The notes: generated from the letters alone by a model not told the origin. A stretch of 63,955 nt of DNA, filler included, from Barthelona sp. PAP020 (GCA_040182905.1; 4 parts of 4 records of this genome joined end to end with filler, not necessarily neighbours in it), one strand, 5' to 3'. Numbered from the whole stretch's first letter, positions 51,902 to 63,265 are shown. A program made the numbers and translations.

Positions 51902-54670
51902 TCATTGAATCGAACAGCAATTACGAGATTCTAAGAATTCAACAATTTCTGGTTGATCGAATTTTCTAGCATAATCTATAGCTCTCTTTCCACGTTTTGT
52001 ACGCAAGTTAACATCAATTCCATGATCTAATAGTAATCTCACAACATCAAAATGACCTTCTTGACAGCTAACATGTAATGCGGAAAGTCCATCCTTAGTA
52101 CATACATTGACTTCAGCACCATGATTCAAAAGCATTTCAACAATATCAGGATAACCCATGTAACAACTAACACCCAATGCTGAAAAACCATCCTTTGTAC
52201 ATAGATTGATATCAGCACCATTATCTAAGAGCACTTTAGCAACGTCAAAATGACGACATTGACAACTGATAGTCAATGGTGAAGCACCATCCCTCTCACA
52301 CAAATTAATATCTGCACCATTATCAATAAGAAGTTTTACAACATCAAGTACACCTCTCTGACAACAACAAAATAACAGAGGAAACCCATCATCCAAAAAT
52401 ATGTTAGAATTAGCACCATGATCCAACAGCATTTTGGCAACATCAAGATAACCTTTTTGACAGCTAATAGTCAATGGAGTTTGCTTATCTTTAGTACGCA
52501 AATTAACAATAGCACCTTTGTCCAACATCATTTTGGCAACACTAAGGTAACCTTTTTCACAACTAATATACAATGGAGATTGTCTATCCTTGTTACACAA
52601 ATTAACATCAGCACCATACTCCAAAAGCATTTTTGCAATGTTCACATAACCATTTTTACAACTAACATACAAGGGGGATTGTCCATCATTCAGACATGAA
52701 TTTACATTGGCCCTACCGTCCAAAAGCATTTTTACAATGTTTACATAACCATTTTTACAACTAACATACAAGGGGGATTGTCCATCATTCAGACATAGAT
52801 TTACATTGGCACGATAATCCAAAAGCTTCTTAGCAAAATCAAATTGCCCGTTTTCACAACTGTTGAACAATGGAGATCTCCCATCTTTTGAACATAGATT
52901 AACATTGGCTCCAAAATCTAAGAGCATTTTAGCAATATCAATATGACCTTTTTCACAACAAATTAACAATGGTGACACATCATTCTTGTCACATAGATTA
53001 ACATTGGCTCCAAAATCTAAGAGCATTTTGGCAAGATCAATGTGACCATTTTCACAACTAAAATACAATGGAGATTTTCCATTATTCAAACACAAATTAA
53101 TATTGGCACCATAATCCAAAAGCATTTTTACAATGTTTACATATCCATTCTTACAACTAACATACAAGGGGGTTTGTCCATCATTCAGACATAGATTAAC
53201 ATTGGCTCCAAAATCTAAGAGCATTTTAGCAACATCAATATGCCCTTTTTCACAACTAAAATACAATGGAGAACACCCATCATTCAGACTCAAATTGATA
53301 TTAGCCCCATAATTTAAGAGTATTTTGGCAACATCAAGATATCCGTTATGACAACAACCATACAATGGAGAAAATCCACCATCCATACACAAATTAACAT
53401 CAGCACCAAAATCTAATAAAAACCTAACTATGTTGTCACATCCATTCAAAGCAGCTCCAAGTAACGATGTTCTTCCTTTCTTTCCTCGTTTGTTCACATC
53501 CACTCCAGCTTTGATACACTGTTTGACAACTTTTAAATTCCCTTTGCATGCTGCCCTATATATCTTCTTTGGATGACCATCATCTTCAAATCCTTCGACA
53601 TCAAATCCAGCCGGAACAACAACTTGATCCATTTTATACTTGACATAGGGGTCAACCATCTCAAATGAAACATTTTTCTCAATTATAGTATCCTCAAATG
53701 TAGGATTTTGCTCAATACCAGTTTCTTGAACCACAATATCGATAAGAATTTTCAAATAATCAGTAATGAACTCAAAAGATGGACGGATATTGGAGTCTTC
53801 ATTCAAACAAAGCTGTAAAATACCGTGACCAACAACTGAATTAATCATATCATCGGAGTATGGGAATTTTCCATTAAGAAGTTCCATATACGTTCCAATG
53901 TTATCATTTCCATCAAAAGGAGGAACGCCTGTCATTACATAAATCATCATCACAGCGAATGCCCACACATCGATAGCTTTACGGTTGAGTTGATCATCAT
54001 TGTGCCTTTTGATAACTTCAGGAGCACTATAACCGGTGGAACCAATCATAGAAACCATCGAAATTCTGTTAGCATCTGTGACTGTCCCAAAATCGCTCAA
54101 GGCGGGGATGAACTTCCCATTTATCTTTTTTAAAAGAACATTATTTGGCTTCAAATCGCCATGCATCAAACCACATTCGTGACAATAATCCAGAGTGGAA
54201 GCAACCTGCATGAGTATTGTAAGTTTGTCCATTAGTGAAAGATTGTGTATTTCATGCTCAAGAACAGCATCACAAAATTCCATAACAATTCCAGTTTTAC
54301 CATCAATTTCAGTTATTCCATGTATTTGACGAATGAAAGGGTGATTTAATGTCATTGGCATGCATTCTTTTAGGAAATCGTATTCTTCTGGCTTGTTATG
54401 AAAGAACTTAATTATAACAACAATTTTGTCTTTTTCAGCAGTGCTCAAATACGCAAACCCACCACTTGCAAAGACATGATTGATTATTTTGAATGTAGAT
54501 CCAGGAATATTTGTGATTTTCAGGGACTTCATGAGTTCTGTAAATGATTCAATATTATTTATTCGATTTTTTCCCTTTGATACCCAGTTTTCTATTAAAT
54601 CAGTTTTAATCTCCATTTCCTTGGAAATAACATTCTCGTTAATGACAGTACTGTCAGTATTAGCAACCAT
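51902..54670 (-). CDS. Protein kinase + ~16-17 ankyrin repeats with a C-terminal CaaX box
   Basis: ASGGFA, IIKFF, HGDLKPNN, DFG, GSTGYSAPE; 33-aa repeats (G.SPLY.SC..G..DIAKMLLD.GANVN); ends NCCSIQ-stop. Confidence 0.93.
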   Translation of the reverse strand: MVANTDSTVINENVISKEMEIKTDLIENWVSKGKNRINNIESFTELMKSLKITNIPGSTFKIINHVFASGGFAYLSTAEKDKIVVIIKFFHNKPEEYDFLKECMPMTLNHPFIRQIHGITEIDGKTGIVMEFCDAVLEHEIHNLSLMDKLTILMQVASTLDYCHECGLMHGDLKPNNVLLKKINGKFIPALSDFGTVTDANRISMVSMIGSTGYSAPEVIKRHNDDQLNRKAIDVWAFAVMMIYVMTGVPPFDGNDNIGTYMELLNGKFPYSDDMINSVVGHGILQLCLNEDSNIRPSFEFITDYLKILIDIVVQETGIEQNPTFEDTIIEKNVSFEMVDPYVKYKMDQVVVPAGFDVEGFEDDGHPKKIYRAACKGNLKVVKQCIKAGVDVNKRGKKGRTSLLGAALNGCDNIVRFLLDFGADVNLCMDGGFSPLYGCCHNGYLDVAKILLNYGANINLSLNDGCSPLYFSCEKGHIDVAKMLLDFGANVNLCLNDGQTPLYVSCKNGYVNIVKMLLDYGANINLCLNNGKSPLYFSCENGHIDLAKMLLDFGANVNLCDKNDVSPLLICCEKGHIDIAKMLLDFGANVNLCSKDGRSPLFNSCENGQFDFAKKLLDYRANVNLCLNDGQSPLYVSCKNGYVNIVKMLLDGRANVNSCLNDGQSPLYVSCKNGYVNIAKMLLEYGADVNLCNKDRQSPLYISCEKGYLSVAKMMLDKGAIVNLRTKDKQTPLTISCQKGYLDVAKMLLDHGANSNIFLDDGFPLLFCCCQRGVLDVVKLLIDNGADINLCERDGASPLTISCQCRHFDVAKVLLDNGADINLCTKDGFSALGVSCYMGYPDIVEMLLNHGAEVNVCTKDGLSALHVSCQEGHFDVVRLLLDHGIDVNLRTKRGKRAIDYARKFDQPEIVEFLESRNCCSIQ

Positions 54671-55134
54671 TGTTACAAAAAAATATTAAAAAAGAAAAAG
54701 AACTGAAAAGCTAAAAAAAAAAATTGGAAATTTCACTTTCTATTAATTTTTGACTGATATTGGTTCATCCAAAAAATAAATCACTTTTAGGGGTAAAAGA
54801 TGTTCAATGTTGGTTAAAACGCAAACAGAAGTTATGTGAAATTGGCAATCATTTAGTTAATTGTTTGCATCGTTTTCAGAAATATACGCACTTCCTAACA
54901 GAATTTACGCTTTAAAGTCAAATATTTTGCATGTGATAACTTTTATTTGTCCCTGAATTTGCAAGGATTTTTTTAAAAAGAATAAATTCCTTTGTCATCT
55001 AAGAATTAGTAAACTGACAAAGAATTTTTTACAAGGCAGTTTGGTCAAAGATAACAATGTTTAACAATTTTCCTTTGCTAAATTTTTTTATTTTATTCAT
55101 TCAGTTATGACTTCATTAAACCATCCGTGTGCGT

Positions 55135-55164
55135 GGGAGGGGGGGGGGGGGGGGGAATTGGGGG
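55135..55164 (+). repeat. G-tract cluster GGG-A-G17-AATT-G5
   Basis: Directly visible in otherwise very AT-rich intergenic DNA. Confidence 0.85.
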
Positions 55165-56149
55165 ATTTTATACACGAATGCTTGCCCGATTGTCTGGTGA
55201 TTCCGGGATAATCTGACCCTCACATCTACTTCCTAAAAAAAAATAACGGAAATGCTCGATGCGAGGATCAGGAATATTTTGAGAAAGATTCTTTAGGTTT
55301 CTCAAATGGGTCTTGTATCTTCCGATTAACCAAACAGTTGTTATCGGTTTTGAATATCTGCTGTCGTTACTCAATTGGGAATTTTTGTGGAGTCTCTTTA
55401 CGGAAAAGTTCAATGAAGTCTCTTTTCATATGTTTCTTCAAAACAGTGCTAGTTCACTTTTTAATATCTTTTATGAGGATGTTAGATCCTTTTTGTTGTT
55501 CTCTTTTTTGAATTAAAAATTGTGCATATTGAACTTTGAATGATAATTGTATTTGCAAAAAATTTCCATTGTTCTTTTGTTATAAACATATGAACTGGTT
55601 ACTTTCTCACATATATATTTGTCAACTTTTCATACCTGGGCAATTTATCATATTTTTTTTTTTCAAATCTTTTGGCTTTCAGCAAACAAATTATGAACCT
55701 TCCAAGATTTGTGCAAATAAATTCCATATTTCAGGTTTCAAAATTTAAAGAGGTGACCTTTACTGTATTGAAAATACTTTCAACATTCCCCACCATTGAG
55801 AAGTTAAAAAAGACAGATTTTTGGCGTGTTAATCTGTACAATGAAAAAAGATTAAGGCTTTTTCAATCAACAGGTAATTCAATCCTTGCCTGAATTGTTT
55901 CCGTCAAACAAAATAATGGTTTGTAAAAATAACTTTTTTGTCAACATTTATAAAATTTGGGAAGATATTCCTTGCATGAAAAAATTCCATTTCGATTAAT
56001 GAGATTAAACCCAGGAAATTATTTGATAAATGAATAAACCATTTTTCTGTAATGACAAAATATCCAAATGGGAAACAGAAAATAAAAAAAACAAACAAAC
56101 CTTTATCAAAACCAAATGCAAAATAAATTTCAAAACAAACAACAAAGAA

Positions 56150-57493
56150 CTACCAAAATAATCTGCCAAGAATATTTTCTTCCTCATTGTAATAGAAGCG
56201 ATAATGTCCGAACAAAAACAACCATCCAATATTTAGACCAAATAATACAAGATTATGTAAAAGATTTAAAAATTCATTGTTACTTTTTAAAGTCTTGGTG
56301 TCCTCGGGAACAATTGTTTCTTTTTTCTTTGATTCAACATTTCTTTCATTGCTGGTTTGATTATTTTGATTATAATGAAAGTTCCTTTGCTTTTGATAAA
56401 AGATAGCAAACATTAACAAAGAAGGAATGTAATACCTGAATTCCAATAGCCAATGTGTCATTGCTTCCAAACATATTAAGATGATAGCTATCCAATGAAA
56501 CAGTCCTTTTTTTGTCAAACGTAACAAAATTGAACTTGAAACTGAACTGGCTGCAATGGTTATTAAATACCTAAGTATGTTGTACTTTTGATAATATTTG
56601 ATAAAATAGAATGAAAAATGACGATTATCCGCCAAATTATAAGGATGAACTTTTAAATTATTTATTTGAAAATAATAAAATGGTAACAAACCTAACAAAA
56701 GATACCAATATTGAGGATATTTAAAATCAAAAATCAATCTTGAAAAATATACAAAAAATAACACAGTCAATAATATGGGTAATTGTCCCATGTTTATGAG
56801 TAAAGGGTGTGCAGACGTATCACCAAAAGCAATAGTTCCACGATAAAAAATTATTAACAAACATAAAAAAGCCCCAATGAGAGAATCAATGTTAGTTTTC
56901 AACAGTAATTTAAATGAACTGAAAGTTCCTTCAGGTTGTGGATGATTAAGCAAAATAATAATACAACAAAATATTAAATTGGTTTGACGAATAAAAAATG
57001 TAAAAATAATTAAAAATACATTTAAAATTTTCAAAAAATTACTATCAAATCTTATCAATTTTTCTTTGTGCATATAATAAAATATTAACAAACTTAATAA
57101 ACTGAAAGTATCTGTGTAATAAAATAAAGAAGAAGAAAACAGTGGGGGATACAACATCAAAGTAAACACACTAATTTTAGCTTCTTTTTTAAATACCAAA
57201 AGAAAATAAATAATTAAATAATTGATTGTATTGAGCCAACGAAAATATTGAAGTTTACAAATATCAATTCCGAATTTATTCATTATCAATGAAGGAATAT
57301 GATATAATAAATATAATCCAGGTGGTGTGGTTATTTTATCATCCCAAGATGTATATCGATGTTGACAATACTTTAAAGTTTGACGGTAATGAAAAACTTC
57401 ATCAATAAATGGATCTTTTTCAACATTTGCAACATATAAAGATGAAAATATCACAAATATTAAAAATAATATTGTGTTATGCGATATTCTCAT
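56150..57493 (-). CDS. ALG10: Dol-P-Glc alpha-1,2-glucosyltransferase ALG10/DIE2
   Basis: PFIDEVFH..QT..YC, WDDKITTPPGLY, FYYTD, RQTN, HPYNLADNRHFSFY, LLEFRYYI and a terminal RLFW. Likely ATG 57493. Confidence 0.93.
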   Translation of the reverse strand: MRISHNTILFLIFVIFSSLYVANVEKDPFIDEVFHYRQTLKYCQHRYTSWDDKITTPPGLYLLYHIPSLIMNKFGIDICKLQYFRWLNTINYLIIYFLLVFKKEAKISVFTLMLYPPLFSSSLFYYTDTFSLLSLLIFYYMHKEKLIRFDSNFLKILNVFLIIFTFFIRQTNLIFCCIIILLNHPQPEGTFSSFKLLLKTNIDSLIGAFLCLLIIFYRGTIAFGDTSAHPLLINMGQLPILLTVLFFVYFSRLIFDFKYPQYWYLLLGLLPFYYFQINNLKVHPYNLADNRHFSFYFIKYYQKYNILRYLITIAASSVSSSILLRLTKKGLFHWIAIILICLEAMTHWLLEFRYYIPSLLMFAIFYQKQRNFHYNQNNQTSNERNVESKKKETIVPEDTKTLKSNNEFLNLLHNLVLFGLNIGWLFLFGHYRFYYNEEENILGRLFW

Positions 57494-57784
57494 AAAAAAA
57501 AACTCCTTTTTAAGACCAACACCTCTTTCGGTTTGATTCATGAACATAATAAATTACTATTTTTGTGTATTGATAATAAATTAATCATTAACTGTTTATA
57601 GTAAAAAAAAAATTGGGAACAAAAAAACCAATCAAATCCACCAAAAAACAATTTACAACCATACATAAAAGCATGAAAGCCACAAAACAAGGCAAAAAAG
57701 AATTATTCGTTTTTGAAAAAGGACCGCTTTTTTACAACTATTAACAGTACGACCATTTTTACCAACCACATCCTGTCAATAACC

Positions 57785-59146
57785 ATGTTAAGAGAGTATC
57801 GTGTAACAAAGTTTATCGGTCGTGGTAGTTTCGGTAGTGTTTATAGAGTTGTAAGACACGCTGATGGTTTAGAGTATTTATTCTCTGATTATTTTGAAAA
57901 CTAATTTAATAGATATGCAATTAAAGAAGTGAAAATTGAAAATATGTCACAAAAGGAAAGAGAAGAGGCTGTCAACGAAATTCGCATTCTTGCTTCTTTG
58001 ACTCATCCAAATATCATTGGATACAAACATGCCTTCGTTGAATCAAATAAATTACATATTGTTACTGAATATGCGAGATGCGGTGATCTGTATCAAAGAA
58101 TGAAGAAATTGAAACAAAGAAAACAATTATTTCCTGAGGATACTGTATGGTCTTTTTTCATTCAAATTACTCTTGGATTGAGAGCAATGCATAATTCTAA
58201 TATGTTACATAGAGATATCAAGGCAGCAAATATTTTTTTGAATTCAAACACTCATATAAAGATAGGAGATTTAGGAGTTGCTAAGTTTTTGAAAAATTCA
58301 AATTTTGCTGAAACTTCTATTGGTACTCCATACTATTTGTCTCCTGAAATATGGACTAATCGTCCATATAATGCCAAATCTGATATTTGGTCGTTAGGTT
58401 GTTTATTATATGAAATGATGACGCTTAGACATCCATTTGAAGCAGATGATATGAAGGGTTTATCTAAAAAAGTTGTAAAGGGTAGATATGCTCCTTTAAA
58501 CACCGGAAATCATTTTTCAAAAGAACTTATTGGGTTAGTTGACGTTTTATTAAAAGTGAATCCTGATGAAAGACCTACTTGTGATGAGATTTTAAGTTTG
58601 ACTTCAATTAGTTGCAGACTCCATTTGCTTCCAAATGAAGTCAATGAATTGAATAATGATATTTCAATGGAGCCAGTACCTACTATTAGAGTACCCAAAA
58701 AAACTCATTTGAAACAATTGAAATTACCCGCTGCGAATTTTGATGGAAGTGAAAAGAATGCATTGAAACTACCTTCTTTGAAAATAGCATCTTCTGATTT
58801 TGATTTTGAAACCAGTGGCATAAACAATAAGCCAAACAAAAAGAATAACAAAAAGGACAGTGATATTTTTAAAAACCTCGTTATTAATGATAACAAAGAA
58901 AATATTGCAAATATTGCGGATAACCGTCAAAAGAACAGAAATTTACTTGGTGGAAGACATTATTCCAATGTGTCTCCGATATCTTCTCCTGTTAGAATAT
59001 CTAAGGTTAAATCAAATGAGTATCTTGTTAATCATGCTCGAAATGTTGTTAGAAATTTACCAAAAGGTAATCAACCATACATTCCACAATCCAATAGACC
59101 TACTTATCATCAACAATTTTCAAGGTATGCTCATGCTAGATATTAA
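57785..59146 (+). CDS. NIMA-related (NEK) kinase, two exons: 57785-57873 and 57913-59146
   Basis: Exon 1 YRVTKFIGRGSFGSVYRV joins YAIKEV...EAVNEIRILASL, HRDIKAANIFL, DLG, GTPYYLSPE, KSDIWSLGC. Confidence 0.95.
57874..57912 (+). other. Spliceosomal intron (39 nt) in the NEK gene
   Basis: GTATTT...AACTAATTTAATAG; contains an in-frame stop, and removal restores LE-YAIK. Confidence 0.9.
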
Positions 59147-59362
59147 AGGAAACATTGATATTTAAGTATGTTTGCCAAAAATTTTTTAGTCTTTTGTGTT
59201 AGTTCAAATCAGTTTGGAAGTGATTTGATACCCAAATTATAAACAATAAAAATAAGTGTTAAACATAAATCAAACAAGAAACAATAAATTAGTTTTGAAT
59301 TTTTTTATTGAAATGAGCTTTCAAGAAAAAAAAAAGTACAGTTTACACAATTTAATTCAACA

Positions 59363-61018
59363 TCAAGCATTGACATAATCCAATAAACCATTATCTTGAA
59401 ACCATTGTTTCATGACAATTATCATTTGTTGAGATTGATTGGTGGGATTTTCTCTTAAATAGTCAATTAATTCTGAGAATACAGCCACAGACATCTCTTC
59501 ATTGACTATTTTTCGAAAACATCCTGCAACAGCTGCAATCTTTCCTTTTAAGGAATCTTCATCCAAAATTAACCTGTTTAGTGTTGCAAATGCACCAGCT
59601 GCATAGTAATAATATCCATTTTGAAAGCAATCATTTCCAATCAAATGCAATAAAAATTGAGCTAAATTTGCATCTGAACATTTTAAATATAATTTCCAAG
59701 CTTCATCAGGCTGACCATTTCTGATATAACATCGACATAACCAAGGAAAATAAGTATCATAAGTTAAAGGATCTTCGTTTTCAACTTTCAACAAATGAAT
59801 TTGTGCTTTTTCCCATTCTTCATTCATGGCTAATGCAATTCCAAAATTATGATTGAATGCATCATCATTTTCACAATATTGTGAAATTGAATCAAGATAT
59901 ACAAATGCTGATTTGTAATCTTTCAATAAAATATAACTTGAAGCCATAGCTTTACGTCCTTCAATCGAATTTCTATCATCTTTACTATTGCCTATGGATC
60001 TATATAATGCTGATGCATCATTAACTAATTTATATCCTTGATGTTCTTCTTCTTCTTGCCCTTTAGCAGCGAATACAGATGCTTGAACAAAACGATGTAA
60101 AGGAAGAGAAAATTGTTTTCCATCAACAAGTTGCTGTGCTTCATCGATTTGTCCTCGAGACAGAAAATAAATGGTCAAATTGATACGAGCGATTTCATTT
60201 CCGTCTTCTATTAAAGGTTTCAATTGCGAAAATGCGTCTTCCCCATTTCTCAATGCAACGCTATTATTAAGCACCATAGAATGATCTGGACATGACTTCA
60301 AAAGAACAGACAATATTCTTCTTGCCTCTGTGAAGTTTTCCGTTTGGGCTAAACAAGCAAGTTTTAAACAATTTCCATGTATGGAATCAGGTATGTCTCT
60401 TAAATATAAATTAGCAGCTTCCAAAGCCAATTTATATTCGTGTTTATGATATAAACACATTCCCGCTAATAATTGAACAGCTAAATAATCTTTTCGTTCT
60501 TTTAATACACTTTGATAACTATTTAAAGCTCTTGTTACATTACCAGAAGAAAAATGCAACTCAGCAAGACTAATATTGTCAATTAAGGCCATTGAAAAAT
60601 TTTGAATTACATCTTGAAGGACTTTTTGTCTTTCTAAGTATTTGGCAGCATGAATCATTAACCTTTTCTGCAAATTACAATCTGAACCAAATTCAGCGGT
60701 TGTAAGACATTCTTCATACTGTTGCAACCAATAATAACAGCATGATAAATATAAATACAATTTTTTATCGATTTCTTTATCTGAAGATTGAATTAAATCT
60801 TGGTATATCATTCCCGCCTTATTGAAATCTCTTGCATGAAATGAACAATATGCAAGCCATAATTTTTGGTCATAGGTGAATATTTGGTCATTTTTTTGTT
60901 GAAATTCAAGCAATGTAATTGCACCATTGTAATCTCGTTTGTTAATAAAATCTTCCAGATCTGGAATATTCTTTGATTCTTCGATAGAAGGATTAATCAG
61001 TGGCTTTAACCCAGACAT
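59363..61018 (-). CDS. TTC26: Intraflagellar transport protein IFT56 (TTC26/DYF-13)
   Basis: IPDLEDFINKRDYNGAITLLEF, LWLAYCSFH, ARINLTIYFL, GRKAMAS, FNHNFG, LIGNDCF and TPR repeats. Likely ATG 61018. Confidence 0.92.
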   Translation of the reverse strand: MSGLKPLINPSIEESKNIPDLEDFINKRDYNGAITLLEFQQKNDQIFTYDQKLWLAYCSFHARDFNKAGMIYQDLIQSSDKEIDKKLYLYLSCCYYWLQQYEECLTTAEFGSDCNLQKRLMIHAAKYLERQKVLQDVIQNFSMALIDNISLAELHFSSGNVTRALNSYQSVLKERKDYLAVQLLAGMCLYHKHEYKLALEAANLYLRDIPDSIHGNCLKLACLAQTENFTEARRILSVLLKSCPDHSMVLNNSVALRNGEDAFSQLKPLIEDGNEIARINLTIYFLSRGQIDEAQQLVDGKQFSLPLHRFVQASVFAAKGQEEEEHQGYKLVNDASALYRSIGNSKDDRNSIEGRKAMASSYILLKDYKSAFVYLDSISQYCENDDAFNHNFGIALAMNEEWEKAQIHLLKVENEDPLTYDTYFPWLCRCYIRNGQPDEAWKLYLKCSDANLAQFLLHLIGNDCFQNGYYYYAAGAFATLNRLILDEDSLKGKIAAVAGCFRKIVNEEMSVAVFSELIDYLRENPTNQSQQMIIVMKQWFQDNGLLDYVNA

Positions 61019-61280
61019 ATCTGATACAAAAGAAAAAAGAAGTTTTATGGTTCCATTTGTATTTTGATAATATATCCAGTTCAAAAGAGCGGCCAATTGT
61101 ATTGAACGTTTTTAAAACAAATCTAGCTCATTAAAAGAAGAGAAATATAATTCTTCTTTTGGTTCCTCTTTCCAATATTAAACTTCTTTCATGTCAATAA
61201 ACATGAATAAATAAAAAGGAATTTGTGAATATTTATACAAAATAATAATAATAAATAAAATTATCTCATTGAAAACATAA

Positions 61281-62585
61281 CTATGAAGATTTAGCGGAAT
61301 AAATATATAAATTGGATAAAGTACCAATAGCTATAGTAGGTTCATGAGGATGCCAGGCATTATAAAGAATTTTTTTGTCATAACTAATGTCAGTTTTGGC
61401 TGATTTTCGAACTGGTTTGGAAGATCTTCTTTTCTTGTTGGCCATTGTTCTGGAAGCTTCAATAGCTGTATCTGTCGTTCCAGAACTATCAAATATATGA
61501 AAAGTGTTACTGTAAGAACCTGATAAATAATGTCCTCCATCATGGCTAATACACAACTGAAATTGATCATCAATACAATTGTTATCATATACCTCAAATA
61601 GTTTAGATCTCAAATGGTCATGAATGGCTATGGATTTAACTGGTTGATGTTCAACACGTACATCATAAACTCTAAGTGTTAAATAATCTCTGACTACAAT
61701 ATTTCTTCCATTAGGACTGAATCTGAAATCTGCAATAGAATTAAGACTATCTTTAATACCATTCGATTTCTTTTGCAAAACATTACTGTCAGAATAAAAC
61801 ATTTGAGCAGGGGCATCACAGTTAACGTTCGTTCTCATATCAGTGAGCCTTAAAACACCACGAGAAGAACCATAACCAAAAATGTTACAATCAGTGGGAT
61901 GAAATCTTGACTTAACAATAATTTCAGTGCATTCTTCAACATTTTCTAAAGGAATATTAACAGCAAGAAAAGTCTCATCAGCCCTATTCAAATCCCAGAT
62001 GTTGATGTTCAATTCATCTGATGATAGGAATAAATTTTCATCAGAACAAAGAGATAATGAATTAATATGCCAAGGGTGTGCATTAACAAAACTTCTTTTT
62101 GGTGTGGCCAAAGTAACATTCTCCACTGGTAGCAACTTTGGAATGCTAAGATCATTTCCATTTTTATCTACCACTACTTCTTTGATAGTATTTTCATAAA
62201 TTTTCCATAACTTTATTGTTTTATCATTGCAAGTTAACATTAATAAAGATGATGATTGGGGTTTCAACCAACAAATTTGATTAATTCTTTCTTCAATTTC
62301 CTCAGATCTTAAATAGTCAAATTCTAATTCATGAGATTGAAACTCTGTATAATATTGATACTCAGCTGTTCGATTCTGTTGTAGATTTCTTTCAAAAAGT
62401 ATAACTCTTCCACCACGATCACCCACAGCAATGTAATTTCCAGTAGAATCATATTCAATCGTTGATATTATATCAGCTATTCCATATTAGTTACATAAAA
62501 AATATAGGTTCATACCAGTATGTGTATCTTCTACACTCGTGGAATCACCGAAAACTTGACAAAATCGCCAATGTAATGGATTCAT
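61281..62585 (-). CDS. PP2A regulatory subunit B55/PR55 (Cdc55), two exons: 62585-62516 and 62476-61281
   Basis: WRFCQVFG...ADIISTIEYDSTGNYIAVGDRGGRVILF, EFQSHELEFDYLRSEEIEERIN, NDKTIKLWK, NAHPWHINS, RDYLTL. Confidence 0.95.
62477..62515 (-). other. Spliceosomal intron (39 nt) in the PP2A B55 gene
   Basis: GTATGA...AACTAATATGGAATAG; contains an in-frame TAA, and removal restores T-ADIIST. Confidence 0.9.
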
Positions 62586-63265
62586 TTGGTGATAATATTG
62601 TGAAGAAAAAAAAAAATGTTTTTACTTTTCATTCAATTTTAAAATGGTCAATTCCGGTAATGATGTTTGTTTTATCATCTGTAAAAAAAATCATTCTTAA
62701 CTCAAAAATTCTCTTTATAATTTGAAAAACTCATTGAATTCTCACCAAGAATGAATGACCCAAATCTCCTTTTTTTCTTCTTTCCCTTTTTTTCAAAGAA
62801 GAACTTGAATCAAAAAGTTGAGGAAATTTCCAAGTGAAGATATGGAGTGAACATTTTCTTTCTGAAATTTTTTTTTTGAAAATAAAATAAATTAAATTAA
62901 ATTAAATTAGTTTTTCATAACTTAAGTTTTCTTTTTAAGAAATCAGTCAAACAAGCTGTTTTTTTTGAAATTTCTCAAAAATGTTACCGTTTTGAAGAAT
63001 TAAAGGACTTTCTTTCTTTCAACTCATTTTTCAACCTAACGATATAAAGGTAAATTTCTAAAATTTTTGAGATCTTCTTTAAAATATCTTATTTTGTCAA
63101 AGTAAATTAGTCTAGTTGTGAAATAACTATCTTTATTCACAGAGAAAAAGCAATCAAAGAAGACTCATTTATTGGATTTTTAGTCAAAGAAAATGTGTAG
63201 CTGTATTGAATATTGTCAATCTATTATGAAAATTTTGGAAAAATTCTTCATTTCAATTTTTTTTT

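Noticed and set aside
51950..53560. CRISPR-like or non-coding tandem array with 99-bp period
   Set aside because: These are in-frame ankyrin repeats of the kinase gene, with no repeat-spacer structure.
55168..56098. Short ORFs as a transposase remnant
   Set aside because: No DDE, HUH or RT motif recognisable; short and mostly with non-ATG starts.
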